A program made the translations under genes and the position numbers. Under the pieces are notes generated by a model. The model was not told where the DNA came from. It made no database searches and worked only from the letters and a program-made list of their open reading frames with translations. A stretch of DNA of 64,000 bases from Dehalococcoidia bacterium (GTDB lineage Bacteria > Chloroflexota > Dehalococcoidia > CAUJGQ01): positions 1,640-65,639 of the forward strand of contig JBFXAN010000006.1 in NCBI GenBank assembly GCA_050184225.1, in the 5' to 3' direction. Shown in pieces: positions 1 through 10,371 of this stretch (position 1 is the stretch's first letter; the number at the start of each line of letters is the position of its first letter).

Positions 1-2935
1 TCACGGCGGAGATGTGCGGCGCCAGTTCCGCCGCCGCCCGCTTGAACGGGTGCTCGGAGACGTAGATACCGAGCAGGTCCCGCTCCCAGCCGAGCACTTC
101 CTGGCGGGGCACCTCGACCTCCTGTAGCTCCAACCCCGGCATCGGCACCGCCACCTGCTCGCCGAAGAGGTCGAACATCGTCGATTGGCCGCTGTCCTTC
201 AGCCGCTGCTCCCGCTGCATGAGGGAATGGACCCGGTCGAGGTTGTGGACGATCGTGCCACGGTTCAGGCCGAACGAATCGAGCGCGCCCGCCTTCGCCA
301 GGCTCTCTAGCATCCGCTTGTTCAGCGCCTTGCTCCCCGCCCGGCGGCAGAAGTCCTCCAGCGAGGCAAAGGGGCCGCCCTCTTTGCGCTCGGCGATCAA
401 CTCTTCGACAGCGCCTTCGCCCACGTTCTTGATCATCGCCAGGCCAAAACGGATCGCCTTGGCGCCGTCCGCCCGCGTCTCGATGCAAAAGTTGACCTCG
501 CTGCTGTTGATCTCCGGCGGCAGCACCTCAATGCCGAGCTTCGCGCACTCGGACACCGCTGCACCGACGCGGGCGGCGAGGCCCGCCGGATGGCTCTCCG
601 CCAGCATCAGCACGGCGGTCATGTACTCCGCCGGATAATTCGCCTTCAGGTAGGCGGTCTGGTAGGAGATCGTGCCGTAGCAGGTCGCATGCGCTTTGTT
701 AAAGCTGTAGCCCGCGTGCGGCTCGATCAGGTCGAAGATGGCGGAGGCGTCCTCCGCCTTGTGTCCCTGCTTCTCGGCGCCGCGGACGAACTTCTCCCGT
801 TCCGCCCCCATCACCGCGGCGATCTTCTTGCCCATCGCCTTGCGGATCTTGTCCGCCTCGCCCATCGTGTAGCCGGCGAACTTCCACATGACGAACAGGA
901 CCTGGTCCTGGTAGACGATCACGCCATAGGTTTCGTCGAGAATGTCGGAGAGTTCCGGATGGGGATAGCGGATCGGCTCGCGGCCGTGCTTGGCGGCGAT
1001 GAAGGTCGGGATCTGCGCCATTGGTCCCGGTCGATAGAGGGCGACCATCGCCGATAGCTCCGCGATCGAGGCAGGTTGCAACTCCTGGATGTAGCGGCGC
1101 ATGCCCGAGGACTCGAGCTGGAAGACGCCGAAGGTCTCACCCTTGCCCAGCAGCGCGTAGGTCTTCTCGTCGTGGTCTGGTAGGGAGACGAGGTCCAGCT
1201 CGATGCCGTGATACTCGCGGATCAGGTCCACGGCCCGGCCGAGGATCGTCAGGTTCGACAGGCCGAGGAAGTCCATCTTCAGCAGGCCGACCTCGGCCGA
1301 GACGTTCATGTCGAACTGCACCATCGGCAGCGACGTCTCGTCGGCGCGGGACGGCTTTTGCAGCGGCGCGACATCAAAGAGTGGCTGACCGGCGATGATC
1401 ACGCCGGCGGCGTGCGTGCTCGCGTGCCGCGCCACCCCTTCCAGCCGCTTCGCCATATCGACGACGCGGCGGGCGGCCGGGTCACTGTCGTACAGCTGGC
1501 GGAACTCGTTGTTCTCGTTGAGCGCCCGGTCGATGCTCATGTGCAGCACCGTCGGCACCAGCCGCGCGATCCGGTCGACATCACCGTAGCCCATGCCGAG
1601 GGCGCGGCCGACGTCGCGGATCGCCGCCTTCGCGCCGAGCGTTCCGAAGGTGATGATCTGGGCGACGCGGTCCCGGCCCCAGCGATCCGCCGCCCACTGG
1701 ATCAGCTCATCGCGCCGGTCGTCGGCGATGTCCAGGTCGACATCGGGCATCTCCTTGCGTTCGGCATGGAGGAAGCGCTCGAAAATCAGCTTGGGACCGA
1801 TCGGCTCGATGTCGGTGACGCCGAGGGAATACAGCACGATGCTCGCCGCCGCCGAGCCGCGCACGCCCGTGGGGATGCGCCGCCGCCGCGCCTCGCTGAC
1901 GATCTCGGCCACGATCAGCATGTACTGGGCGAAGCCGGTCGTGCGGATCACGTCCAGCTCGTAGTCGAGCCGCTTACGCACCTCATCGCTGAGATCACCG
2001 TAGCGCCGCTTGGCGCCCTCGTAGCAGAGGTTGCGCAGGTGTTCGTCCGTGCTGACGCCGGCCGGCAGGTCGATCGCCGGCATCGCCACCCGGCCGAACT
2101 CGAGCTCGATCTCGCACATCGCCGCGACGTCGTTCGTCGCCTCGATCGCCCGCGGCAGGTCGGGGAAGAGAGCGCGCATCTCCGCTTCGGACTTGATGTG
2201 GTAGCCGCCGCCCTCCAGCTTGAGGCGCTTCGTCTCCTGCACGGTCGCGTTCGAACCGATGCAAAGCAGGATGTCATGTGCCTCCTGATCCTCCGGCGAC
2301 GTGTAGTGCGAGTCGTTGGTGGCGACCAGTTCGAGGCCGGTGTCCTTCGCCAGCTTGATCAGCCGTGGGTTGACCGTGTCGAGCATGTGCCGCAGTTCGG
2401 CGTCACAGCCGGGGTGATCCTGAATCTCGATGAAGACTCCGTCGAAGACATCTTGATAGAAGCCGAGCGTCGCCCGGGCGTCGTCGATCCGATCGTCGAG
2501 CAGCGCCTTGAACACCTCACCGCTGGGGCAGCCGGTCAGTGCGATCAGTCCCTTGCCGTAGTCGGCCAGGATCTCCCGGTCCATCCGCGGCTTGTAGTAA
2601 AAGCCCTCCAGGTGCGCCTTCGACGTGAGCGAGACGAGGTTGCGATAGCCGTCGGCGTGGCGGGCGAGCAGGCCGAGATGGTAGTAGGCGTTCTTCTCGC
2701 GCGGGTCGCGGCTCTGGCGGCTACCGGGGGCAACGTAGGCCTCGACACCGAGGATCGGCTTGATCCCGCGCTTGCGCGCCTCCTGATAGAACTCGATCAC
2801 GCCGTACATACCGCCGTGATCGGTGATCGCGATCGCGGACTGTCCCAATTCGAGGACGCGATCCATCAGCGCCGGGATGCGTGACATGCCGTCGAGAAGC
2901 GAGTACTCCGTGTGCGTGTGGAGATGTGTAAACAC
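1..2935 (-). CDS. dnaE: DNA polymerase III alpha subunit, N-terminal ~978 codons (3' end runs off the window start)
   Basis: Manual minus-strand translation from GTG at 2935: VFTHLHTHTEYSLLDGMSRIPALMDRVLELGQSAIAITDHGGMYGVIEFYQEARKRGIKPILGVEAY (PHP domain). The frame stays open to base 1 (..FGLAMIKNVGEGAVEELIAERKEGGPFASLEDF.. HhH region). It is missing from the ORF track because there is no stop in the window. The + ORF 1208..2884 is its antisense shadow. Confidence 0.9.
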   Translation of the reverse strand, partial: MFTHLHTHTEYSLLDGMSRIPALMDRVLELGQSAIAITDHGGMYGVIEFYQEARKRGIKPILGVEAYVAPGSRQSRDPREKNAYYHLGLLARHADGYRNLVSLTSKAHLEGFYYKPRMDREILADYGKGLIALTGCPSGEVFKALLDDRIDDARATLGFYQDVFDGVFIEIQDHPGCDAELRHMLDTVNPRLIKLAKDTGLELVATNDSHYTSPEDQEAHDILLCIGSNATVQETKRLKLEGGGYHIKSEAEMRALFPDLPRAIEATNDVAAMCEIELEFGRVAMPAIDLPAGVSTDEHLRNLCYEGAKRRYGDLSDEVRKRLDYELDVIRTTGFAQYMLIVAEIVSEARRRRIPTGVRGSAAASIVLYSLGVTDIEPIGPKLIFERFLHAERKEMPDVDLDIADDRRDELIQWAADRWGRDRVAQIITFGTLGAKAAIRDVGRALGMGYGDVDRIARLVPTVLHMSIDRALNENNEFRQLYDSDPAARRVVDMAKRLEGVARHASTHAAGVIIAGQPLFDVAPLQKPSRADETSLPMVQFDMNVSAEVGLLKMDFLGLSNLTILGRAVDLIREYHGIELDLVSLPDHDEKTYALLGKGETFGVFQLESSGMRRYIQELQPASIAELSAMVALYRPGPMAQIPTFIAAKHGREPIRYPHPELSDILDETYGVIVYQDQVLFVMWKFAGYTMGEADKIRKAMGKKIAAVMGAEREKFVRGAEKQGHKAEDASAIFDLIEPHAGYSFNKAHATCYGTISYQTAYLKANYPAEYMTAVLMLAESHPAGLAARVGAAVSECAKLGIEVLPPEINSSEVNFCIETRADGAKAIRFGLAMIKNVGEGAVEELIAERKEGGPFASLEDFCRRAGSKALNKRMLESLAKAGALDSFGLNRGTIVHNLDRVHSLMQREQRLKDSGQSTMFDLFGEQVAVPMPGLELQEVEVPRQEVLGWERDLLGIYVSEHPFKRAAAELAPHISAV

Positions 2936-3148
2936 TCAGAACCATCCAATGAAGCGGGGTGACGCGATCGTAGCGATGAACCGGCGCCGGACCGCGCATA
3001 CTTACGACAAGGGAGACATCTGTTCCGAACACGTTGGGTTGCCTTGACAATACAACAACCGGTGCCGAGATGATAACTCGATCGTGTCCTTGACCGCCCT
3101 CGATCTGCGTCCGGACAATGACGGGAAAGGCTAGAGGGGCACCGTGCT

Positions 3149-4378
3149 GTGCTGACGATCCGACGGATCCGCTATGCGATGGTTCTGGCCGTGATCCTGA
3201 TCGTCGGCTGGTTCATGTGGCAGGCGCGCGGCGCCCTCATCCCCTTCCTCGTCGGCGGCATCCTCGCCTATATCCTCGCGCCGTTGGTCGAGCGTCTCTC
3301 GCGCGTGATGCCGTTCTATCGCACCCGCCGTGAACTGGCGCGCACCCTCGCCATCATCCTCGTCTATGTGAGCGGTCTGGGCGCACTCGTCGCCACTGGA
3401 TCGCTCATCATTCCCGCGATCATCAACGAGACGTCGGAACTGATCGACAATATCCCCACCTACGTCGAGCAGGCACAGGTCGAGGCGGAACGCTGGACCG
3501 ATCTCTACCGTGAGCGGGTGCCGATCGAGGTCCAGCAGCGAATCGAGCAGGCGGTGCAGGATCTGGGCGCATCGCTCGGCGCCTACGGCGAGCAGGTGCT
3601 CGCCCGCAGCTTCGGCATCCTCCAGAGCACCTTCGGCCTCTTCTTCGGCTACATCATCATCCCGTTTTGGCTGTTCTATATCCTCAAGGACCGCCACCGA
3701 ATCGGGCCGGCGATCAAGGAGTGGTTTCCTCCCGGGCTTCGCAGCGATGTCGATCACTGCATTCGGATCATTCAGCGGGTTCTCGGCTCATACATCCGGG
3801 CGCAGTTGATCCTTGGACTGTTCATCGGAACGACGACCACGCTCGGGTTGTTTCTGCTCGGTGTTGACTACTTCATCATCCTGGGGATCATCGCCGGCAT
3901 CACCGAGTTGATCCCGATCATCGGACCGATCCTCGGCGCAATCCCGGCGTTGATCGTCGTCGTGGCGACGGAGCCGGAGAAGACGATCTGGGTGTTGCTG
4001 TTCTACATCGGTATCCAACAACTCGAGAACGTGGTGCTGGTTCCGCGCATTCAGGGCAACGCCGTCGAGATGCATCCGGCCTTGATCATCGTGCTCCTCG
4101 CGATCGCGCAGCAGGTGGCGGGGTTCGGCGGCATGTTGGTCGCTGTACCGCTGGCCGCCGTCTCCCGCGACCTCTTCAAGTACATCTACTCCCGCCTCCA
4201 GGAGCGCGAGACGGAACTCGCCAACGAACGCACGATCCGCCTTCCCCGGCCCGTGCGGCCGGCCATCGCCGAGAACGGCGCCACCGATCGGCGATCGGTC
4301 GAGCCGGCGCACGCCGATGGCGCGGCGCCGGAGCAGTCCGACGCCGCCGGTGCTCCAACCCAAGAGTTGCCGGATTGA
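3149..4378 (+). CDS. AI-2E family (PerM/UPF0118) membrane transporter
   Basis: 409-aa multi-TM ORF with a GTG start. Segments YIIIPFWLFYILKD and ELIPIIGPILGAIPALIVV are typical of AI-2E permeases. Confidence 0.8.
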   Translation: MLTIRRIRYAMVLAVILIVGWFMWQARGALIPFLVGGILAYILAPLVERLSRVMPFYRTRRELARTLAIILVYVSGLGALVATGSLIIPAIINETSELIDNIPTYVEQAQVEAERWTDLYRERVPIEVQQRIEQAVQDLGASLGAYGEQVLARSFGILQSTFGLFFGYIIIPFWLFYILKDRHRIGPAIKEWFPPGLRSDVDHCIRIIQRVLGSYIRAQLILGLFIGTTTTLGLFLLGVDYFIILGIIAGITELIPIIGPILGAIPALIVVVATEPEKTIWVLLFYIGIQQLENVVLVPRIQGNAVEMHPALIIVLLAIAQQVAGFGGMLVAVPLAAVSRDLFKYIYSRLQERETELANERTIRLPRPVRPAIAENGATDRRSVEPAHADGAAPEQSDAAGAPTQELPD

Positions 4379-4382
4379 TCGA

Positions 4383-5153
4383 TCAGTTGCGCGTGATCGT
4401 CGCTTGGAGAATGACGATCGCCGGCTCCGATTCCGGCCGCACGCTGCTCACCCAGACCTGATACTCGGTTCCCTGCCAGCGTGACGTGTCGAAGCGAATC
4501 TCGGCCGAGCCTTGCTCATCCGGTTCGAGCGTGCCGGCATGTCTCGGCCCGACCGGCCCCTGATAGTAAACGTGATAGCTGACTCCCGCATCGGCAGCCG
4601 GTAGATGCTTGACCTTCACCATGCACACCTGCTTGTCCGGGTTCCAGCTGACGGTCCCATAGGCGCCCCGTGCGGACTCGGTGGGCGTGAACGGCGCCTG
4701 TAGCGATGTCGGCAACGCCTGCAGCACGAGTTCCTCCTGGGTTGCCTGAATCTGCTGATTCTCACGTTTGAGGTCGTTGACCTCGTTCTGCAAGAGCAGG
4801 CTCCAGGCGAGCAGTCCCACGAGCGGCGCCACCAGGATCATCGCCGCCATCGCACCCCACCGCCGGCTCAGCCGAACGATCATGCCACCGTCGAGCATCG
4901 AACGGCGCCTCGGCTCGCCCACCGTCTCCGGTGCGGCTGCCACCTCCCCCATCACACCCTCGCGCAGGGCACGGGGCGCGTGATGCAACGGCACGGAGAA
5001 CGCCAGCCGGGCGGCGACGCCTTCCGCATCCTCGAGGATGGCGCGGCAACGGGGGCAGTCGGCCGTATGGGCGCGGACAAAGATTGACTCCTCGGCATCC
5101 AGCGCGCCGAGCGCCTCCAGGTCAATCAGATCGTCAACGTGTGCCGCGCTCAT
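4383..5153 (-). CDS. Anti-sigma factor, RskA-like with N-terminal zinc-binding (ZAS) motif
   Basis: N-terminus contains H-x3-C-x2-C (AHTADCPRC), followed by one TM segment and an extracytoplasmic domain. It overlaps the upstream ECF sigma gene by 4 nt. Confidence 0.75.
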   Translation of the reverse strand: MSAAHVDDLIDLEALGALDAEESIFVRAHTADCPRCRAILEDAEGVAARLAFSVPLHHAPRALREGVMGEVAAAPETVGEPRRRSMLDGGMIVRLSRRWGAMAAMILVAPLVGLLAWSLLLQNEVNDLKRENQQIQATQEELVLQALPTSLQAPFTPTESARGAYGTVSWNPDKQVCMVKVKHLPAADAGVSYHVYYQGPVGPRHAGTLEPDEQGSAEIRFDTSRWQGTEYQVWVSSVRPESEPAIVILQATITRN

Positions 5154-5773
5154 ACCGGGTACGGTGTCTCAACCTCGGCGCTCAGCAAGGAGCGCAATTT
5201 CTTCATCGCCAGGCGGGTCCGCGTCTTGATCGTGCCGAGCGGCTGGTGCAGTTGCTCCGCAATCTCCTGCTGCGTCAATCCCGAAAAGTACGCCATCTCC
5301 AGCGCCACCCGCTGCTCCTTCGGCAACTGGGCGAGCGCCCGGCGTACCGCCAGCCGATCGGCCTGGACCTGGACCGCGACCTGTGGATCTTCGGCCCGCC
5401 AATCCGGCGGATCATCGACGGCCGCGTTCTCTCCGATCTCCCGCAACCGCCGCCGCCCTCGCATTCGCACCTCATCGACCGCACGGTTTCGGGCAACGCT
5501 CACCAGCCAGCTGACAAAGCGGCCGCGGGCGGCATCGTACGCGGTCGGATTGCGCCACAGACGCAAGAACACATCCTGCGCCGCGTCCTGCGCCAGGGCA
5601 GGATCGGCGAGTACACGCAGCGCAATCGAATAGATCAGGTCTGCATGCCGATCGTAGAGCTGCGAGAACGCCGTCGCGTCCCGCTGCACTATCCGCCGCA
5701 CCAGTGTCTCATCATCCGGCTCGAAATCGCGCACGAGCGACCTTTCGGGCGGCGGGCGAGCCATGTCGCTCAC
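5150..5773 (-). CDS. ECF (sigma-70 family) RNA polymerase sigma factor
   Basis: Region 2 (DVFLRLWRNPTAYD..WLVSVARNRAVDEVR) and region 4 (LPKEQRVALEMAYFSGLTQQEIAEQLHQPLGTIKTRTRLAMKKLR). Confidence 0.9.
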   Translation of the reverse strand: MSDMARPPPERSLVRDFEPDDETLVRRIVQRDATAFSQLYDRHADLIYSIALRVLADPALAQDAAQDVFLRLWRNPTAYDAARGRFVSWLVSVARNRAVDEVRMRGRRRLREIGENAAVDDPPDWRAEDPQVAVQVQADRLAVRRALAQLPKEQRVALEMAYFSGLTQQEIAEQLHQPLGTIKTRTRLAMKKLRSLLSAEVETPYPV

Positions 5774-5963
5774 CCTCTAGAACGTTCCTCAACCGGCTTT
5801 GGATTCGTCGGTGCGCGCATTGTACCAGAGCGGCCGCCCACCCAGATTTAACCCTTTCTTCAGAAACCATTAAGCCAGGCGACGCAGCCTTGATGCTGGA
5901 CCCTCCATCACAATCAATACAGGTGGTCATTGTGACCGCGAATCCGAAAGAGGATACCGCACC

Positions 5964-7112
5964 ATGAAGAAACTCCTGGCAGTCCCGGCCGCCGCCATCG
6001 TCCTGCTCGGCGCCGTCGCCTGTACGAACGACACGAACGACTCACCATCAAATACGGACACCGCCGCTGCCTCGGCGCAAACATCTGCCCTCCAAACTCA
6101 GAACAGCACGCGCTCGCTGAATGACGCCGCCGACTCGAACGATGTCGTCAAAGCCGTCTGGCCGAGCGTGGTCCGCATCCGCGCCAACGGCACCCAGACC
6201 AGCGCCTTTGGCACCGCGCAGCAGGGTGAAGGGACCGGCACCGGCTTCATCGTCGACCAGCGCGGCTACATCGTCACCAACAACCATGTCGTCACCCTCG
6301 GCACCAACCGCGAAGCATCGCGCTTCCAGGTGGACCTGTCCGATGGCCGCACGGTCGAAGGCACACTTGTCGGCCGCGATGAGCGCACCGACCTCGCTGT
6401 GATCAAGATCGAAGCGGACAACCTCACGCCGGTCCGCTTTGCCGACTCGACCAAGGAGGAGATCGGCGAGGATGTGCTGGCGATCGGCTTCGCCCTCGAC
6501 CTCGGTTCGACACCGACCGTGACCAAGGGCGTGATCAGCGCCAAGGACCGGGTAATCAACGAGACGCTCAACGCCGGCGGCCGGGCTTACCCGATCAGCA
6601 TCAGCGGCGCGATTCAGACCGACGCGGCGATCAATCCGGGCAACTCCGGCGGCCCCCTGGTCAACATGCAGGGTGAGGTCGTCGGCATCAACACCGCCGG
6701 CCTGGTCGGAGACGCCGGTCAGCCGGTGCAGGGCATCTTCTTCGCCGTCTCCTCCCAGGTGGCCGAGCCGATTGTCGAGTCGCTGATCGACAACGGTCAG
6801 GTTGAGCGTGGCTACCTCGGCGTCGAGGTGACAACCGTCTCACCGCAGGCAGCCCGCGCCGAGGGTCAAGGCGATGTCGAAGGCGCCGGTATCCGCAGCG
6901 TCACGGGCGGTTCCGCCGCCGATCGGGCCGGGCTCCGCGCCGGCGATGTCATCACCAAGATCGGCGACCACGAGATCAACAACATCGGCGACGTGAGCAA
7001 CGCCCTCGCCTCGCACAAGCCCGGCGAGAAGGTCAAGGTTGAATACGCCCGCAACGGCTCGAACGGCTCGACCGACGTGACGCTGGGCGAGCGGCCGGCC
7101 GGAACGACATAG
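5964..7112 (+). CDS. HtrA/DegP-family trypsin-like serine protease with PDZ domain (lipoprotein-like signal, LGAVAC)
   Basis: GTGFIVDQRGYIVTNNHVV (His box), DLAVIKI (Asp), GNSGGPLVNMQGEVVGINT (Ser box), and a C-terminal PDZ-like GDVITKIGDHEI. The stop is TAG. Confidence 0.9.
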   Translation: MKKLLAVPAAAIVLLGAVACTNDTNDSPSNTDTAAASAQTSALQTQNSTRSLNDAADSNDVVKAVWPSVVRIRANGTQTSAFGTAQQGEGTGTGFIVDQRGYIVTNNHVVTLGTNREASRFQVDLSDGRTVEGTLVGRDERTDLAVIKIEADNLTPVRFADSTKEEIGEDVLAIGFALDLGSTPTVTKGVISAKDRVINETLNAGGRAYPISISGAIQTDAAINPGNSGGPLVNMQGEVVGINTAGLVGDAGQPVQGIFFAVSSQVAEPIVESLIDNGQVERGYLGVEVTTVSPQAARAEGQGDVEGAGIRSVTGGSAADRAGLRAGDVITKIGDHEINNIGDVSNALASHKPGEKVKVEYARNGSNGSTDVTLGERPAGTT

Positions 7113-7255
7113 CAGGGGTACACCGCGAGGCGAGTGTGCCCCATGCAGGAAGCGAGGGCGGCGCCGTAGTGGCGCCGCCCTCGTCGCATGTTCGCGCGGT
7201 CCGGCCGCCGGCGCCGGCGATATACTGGACCTACGCAACCGCGGGAATCGACTGT

Positions 7256-8101
7256 ATGCCATCGCAACGCACAGCGCGCTCCATCTCATCCGCGGCGGTC
7301 ACCGACGGCCTCGGCCGGACGGTTCACCTCGCTACGCCGCCACGGTCGATCGTCTCGCTCGTGCCGAGCCTGACCGAAGCGCTCTTTGCGATGGGGCTAT
7401 CCGAGCAGATCGCGGGCCGAACGAAGTACTGCGTCGAACCTGCCGATCAGGTTGACAACACGCCGGCGCTCGGCGGCACCAAGGACCCCGATATCCGCCG
7501 GATCATCGACATGCAGCCGGACCTCGTGATCGCCAGCGCCGAAGAGAATGTTCGCGAGCACGTCGAGGTGCTGATCGCGGCCGGTCTCACGGTCTACGTT
7601 TCCCTCCCCTCGACGGTCCGGCGCGCGATCGCCGAGCTCCATGACCTTGCCGCGCTCGCCAACCGCATACCTGAAGCCGCGCCGTGGTTGACGGAGGCCG
7701 CCGCACTGGTCCAACGCTTCGAAGACCGGACCAAGCACCGCCGCCCGTTGCGCTACTTCTGCCCGATCTGGCGACGGCCTTACATGGTCGCCGCGCCCGA
7801 CACCTACATGTCTGACCTGCTTCGGTTGTGTGGTGGTGAGAATATCTTCACCGGCGGCGCTGCCCACTACTACCCGGTCGAGTTGGACGAGGTCGCCCGG
7901 CGCGCGCCGGAGGTGATCCTGCTGCCCAGCGAGCCGTACCCGTTCGCAGCTAAGCACCTTCCCGAAATCGTGGCCTGGAACCAGATCCCGGCGGTGCAGA
8001 CAAGGAGCGTGCACCTGATCGACGGTCAGTGGATCACGTGGTACGGGCCGCGCATCGCCTCCAGTCTCCGGGCGGTCGCCGCGCTGTTTGAGTCCGCATG
8101 A
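7256..8101 (+). CDS. Periplasmic-binding-protein type 2 fold (BtuF/TroA-like, cobalamin/iron-complex binding) protein
   Basis: IVSLVPSLTEALFAMGLSEQIAGRTKYC and PDLVIASAEEN are typical of the ABC cobalamin/Fe3+-siderophore binding fold. I chose the ATG at 7256; the track ORF begins at 7136. Confidence 0.65.
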   Translation: MPSQRTARSISSAAVTDGLGRTVHLATPPRSIVSLVPSLTEALFAMGLSEQIAGRTKYCVEPADQVDNTPALGGTKDPDIRRIIDMQPDLVIASAEENVREHVEVLIAAGLTVYVSLPSTVRRAIAELHDLAALANRIPEAAPWLTEAAALVQRFEDRTKHRRPLRYFCPIWRRPYMVAAPDTYMSDLLRLCGGENIFTGGAAHYYPVELDEVARRAPEVILLPSEPYPFAAKHLPEIVAWNQIPAVQTRSVHLIDGQWITWYGPRIASSLRAVAALFESA

Positions 8102-8979
8102 AGCGACGTATCCTTGCCGCGCTCCTTCTCGCGCCTGTCGTCTATGCGCTGATGCGGGCCGCGGCCGTCGACCGTGTACACCGCTATGAAACCCTCGATG
8201 CAGACGCCGCCGACCTTCCTGGCATGCGCCTCTACATCCGTGGACGGCGCATGCATCTGACCATTGACGGGCAGGGGCCACCACTCCTCATGCTCCACGG
8301 ATTCGGTTCGTCCTCCGCGGCCTTTCGCACGCTCGTCCCTCACCTGCGATCCGCGGTGACCATGATCGCGCCAGATCTTCCCGGTTGGGGCTACTCCGAG
8401 CGCGCCCCCGATGCGGACCACTCACCGAAGGCTCACGCAACCTTGATGATCGAGCTCCTCGACCGTTTGAGCATCGGCAGGGCTGTGGTACTGGGATATG
8501 GCACCGGCGCCGTCATCGCCGTCCACATGGCAAACACGAAACCGGACCGCATCGCCGCACTGCTGCTCTCGCGAGAGGAGGGCCATGATCGGCTGCTACC
8601 CTCCTGGCTCCGGCCGCTGCTGACCTTGTGCGTGCCCTTCCTTCTTGAGAGCCGGTGGGGACAGCGCCGCCTCGATCGATCGGTGACAGCCCTCGGAAAT
8701 CGTCCGGATGAAGTCCTCGTCGCCGCTCATCTCGACGAGGCGCGTACCGTCGGTCACACCGCAACCTTCCTGGCGATCCTGACCCGCTCGCGGCCCGAAC
8801 CAACGCCCGCCACTCGTTCGATCCAAGTCCCAACGCTGACGATCGTCGACGACGAACAACCGGACGCAGCCGCTATCTCAATCCTCGACTTCCTCCGCGC
8901 CGCCCACGTTCTTCCGCCAACACAAGCGACGAGCAACATGCTAGCCTTCCATGAACAGACCAGAGCAATCAAACCATGA
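8098..8979 (+). CDS. Alpha/beta-hydrolase fold protein (nucleophile elbow reads G-Y-G-T-G, apparently no Ser)
   Basis: LLMLHGFGSSSAAF oxyanion region. The expected G-x-S-x-G position reads GYGTG (8494..8508). ATGA overlap with the upstream gene. Confidence 0.7.
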   Translation: MKRRILAALLLAPVVYALMRAAAVDRVHRYETLDADAADLPGMRLYIRGRRMHLTIDGQGPPLLMLHGFGSSSAAFRTLVPHLRSAVTMIAPDLPGWGYSERAPDADHSPKAHATLMIELLDRLSIGRAVVLGYGTGAVIAVHMANTKPDRIAALLLSREEGHDRLLPSWLRPLLTLCVPFLLESRWGQRRLDRSVTALGNRPDEVLVAAHLDEARTVGHTATFLAILTRSRPEPTPATRSIQVPTLTIVDDEQPDAAAISILDFLRAAHVLPPTQATSNMLAFHEQTRAIKP

Positions 8980-9779
8980 GCTTCCACCTCGCCACGACGC
9001 CGGACGGTCTGACGCTCGGCCGCTTCTCCCACGTTGCCATCACGCACGGTATCGCCGGACGAACGGGCGGCTTCAGCACCGGCCCCTACGCATCGCTCAA
9101 CCTCGGACCGCGCAGCGGTGACGGCCGTGAGACGATCGTGGCAAACCGCCGGCGATTTCACGCCGCGATCGGCGCCACCGGCCTGACCGTCATCGCACCT
9201 CGACAGGTCCACGGCGCCGTCGTCTCCGTCCACCGTCGCGGCGGGGAACCCTTGACCGGCGGTGTCTATGACGGCGACGGTCTACTGACCGACGACGAGG
9301 ACGCCCTCGTGGCGGTGCTCGCCGCCGATTGCGCGGCGATTCTCCTCCACGATCCGGTGCAGGCCGTCGTGGGAGCACTGCACGCCGGCTGGCGCGGCAC
9401 AGCGGCCGGCATCGCGTCCGCCGGCATCGCGATGATGCGACAGAACTTCGGTAGCAATCCCGCCGATATCCGCGCCGGAATCGGCCCGGCGATCGGCCGC
9501 TGCTGCTATGAGGTCGGCATCGACGTGGCCGAGGCGGTCGCCCGCGCCACCCCCGGCGACGCACCGCCCGACGAGCGGGTGAGCGACGACAAGGCCCACC
9601 TCGACATCACCCACGCCAATCACATGCAACTGTTGGCCGCCGGACTCGACCCCGCGAACGTCGCCACCACCGGCATCTGCACCGCCTGCCGGACAGATCT
9701 CTTCTACTCCCACCGCCGCGAAGGCGAGCCGACCGGCCGCTTCGGCGCGGCAATCTCCCTTCGCCCGCCCACCGGATAG
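8976..9779 (+). CDS. pgeF: YfiH/PgeF (DUF152) laccase-domain / purine nucleoside phosphorylase family protein
   Basis: QVHGAVV, ADCAAILL, HAGWRGT and CTACRTDLFYSHRREG are the conserved His/Cys/His motifs of the family. Confidence 0.85.
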   Translation: MSFHLATTPDGLTLGRFSHVAITHGIAGRTGGFSTGPYASLNLGPRSGDGRETIVANRRRFHAAIGATGLTVIAPRQVHGAVVSVHRRGGEPLTGGVYDGDGLLTDDEDALVAVLAADCAAILLHDPVQAVVGALHAGWRGTAAGIASAGIAMMRQNFGSNPADIRAGIGPAIGRCCYEVGIDVAEAVARATPGDAPPDERVSDDKAHLDITHANHMQLLAAGLDPANVATTGICTACRTDLFYSHRREGEPTGRFGAAISLRPPTG

Positions 9780-9794
9780 ACGCGGAACCCCTCC

Positions 9795-10352
9795 CTATGG
9801 ATTGAGGCCCAGCTCGACCGCAACCGGCTTGAGTGCGGCGATCGTGAAGCCGATGTGACCGTCGAGGTCCGCCTCGATCCGCTCCAGGCCGAGGTGAATG
9901 CACTCCCGATCGACAGAACGGGCGAACGCCTTGTCCTTCAGCTTCTTCTTCACCGACGACACCTTCAGTTCGGAGAGGCTCTTGTTCGGCTGGACGAGCG
10001 CCGCCGCAATCACGAATCCCGTCAGTTCATCACAGGCGAGGATCATGTTGTCCATCAACTGCTGCGGCACCGCCGGCGAGTGCGGTGCGTGACACTGGAC
10101 CGCGTGAATGATCTCCTCCGGCACGCCCCGGTCGCGCAAGATCGGCTCCCCCTCCATCGGATGCGACTCCATCGTCGGGTGGATCTCCCAATCGAAGTCA
10201 TGCAGCAGCCCGACCGTCGCCCATACATCCGGGTCGCCGCCCCACTCACGCGCCGCCTGCCGCATCACCTGCTCCACCGACAGCGCGTGCTTGATGTTAC
10301 GGTCCAGCTTCGTGTACTCGTTCAATATCTCCCACGCATCGTGCCGTTCCAT
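9795..10352 (-). CDS. HD-domain metal-dependent phosphohydrolase
   Basis: KHALSVEQVMR..GLLHDFDWE is an HD motif. The start was moved to the ATG at 10352 (MERHDAWEIL) to avoid overlapping the pgk 3' end. Confidence 0.75.
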   Translation of the reverse strand: MERHDAWEILNEYTKLDRNIKHALSVEQVMRQAAREWGGDPDVWATVGLLHDFDWEIHPTMESHPMEGEPILRDRGVPEEIIHAVQCHAPHSPAVPQQLMDNMILACDELTGFVIAAALVQPNKSLSELKVSSVKKKLKDKAFARSVDRECIHLGLERIEADLDGHIGFTIAALKPVAVELGLNP

Positions 10353-10371
10353 CGCAATCCTCCGAACCAAC

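Noticed and set aside
1208-2884. Long ORFs in the supplied track lie antisense to real genes. Examples: 1208..2884, 10816..12486, 12425..13849, 15018..16622, 24155..25624, 25642..27096, 33262..35043, 37233..39182, 42552..43709, 57056..58291, 61780..62880.
   Set aside because: Their translations are R/G/A/P-rich and low in complexity with no recognisable motifs. They fully overlap opposite-strand ORFs that have clear family signatures. This is the classic shadow-ORF pattern of high-GC genomes.
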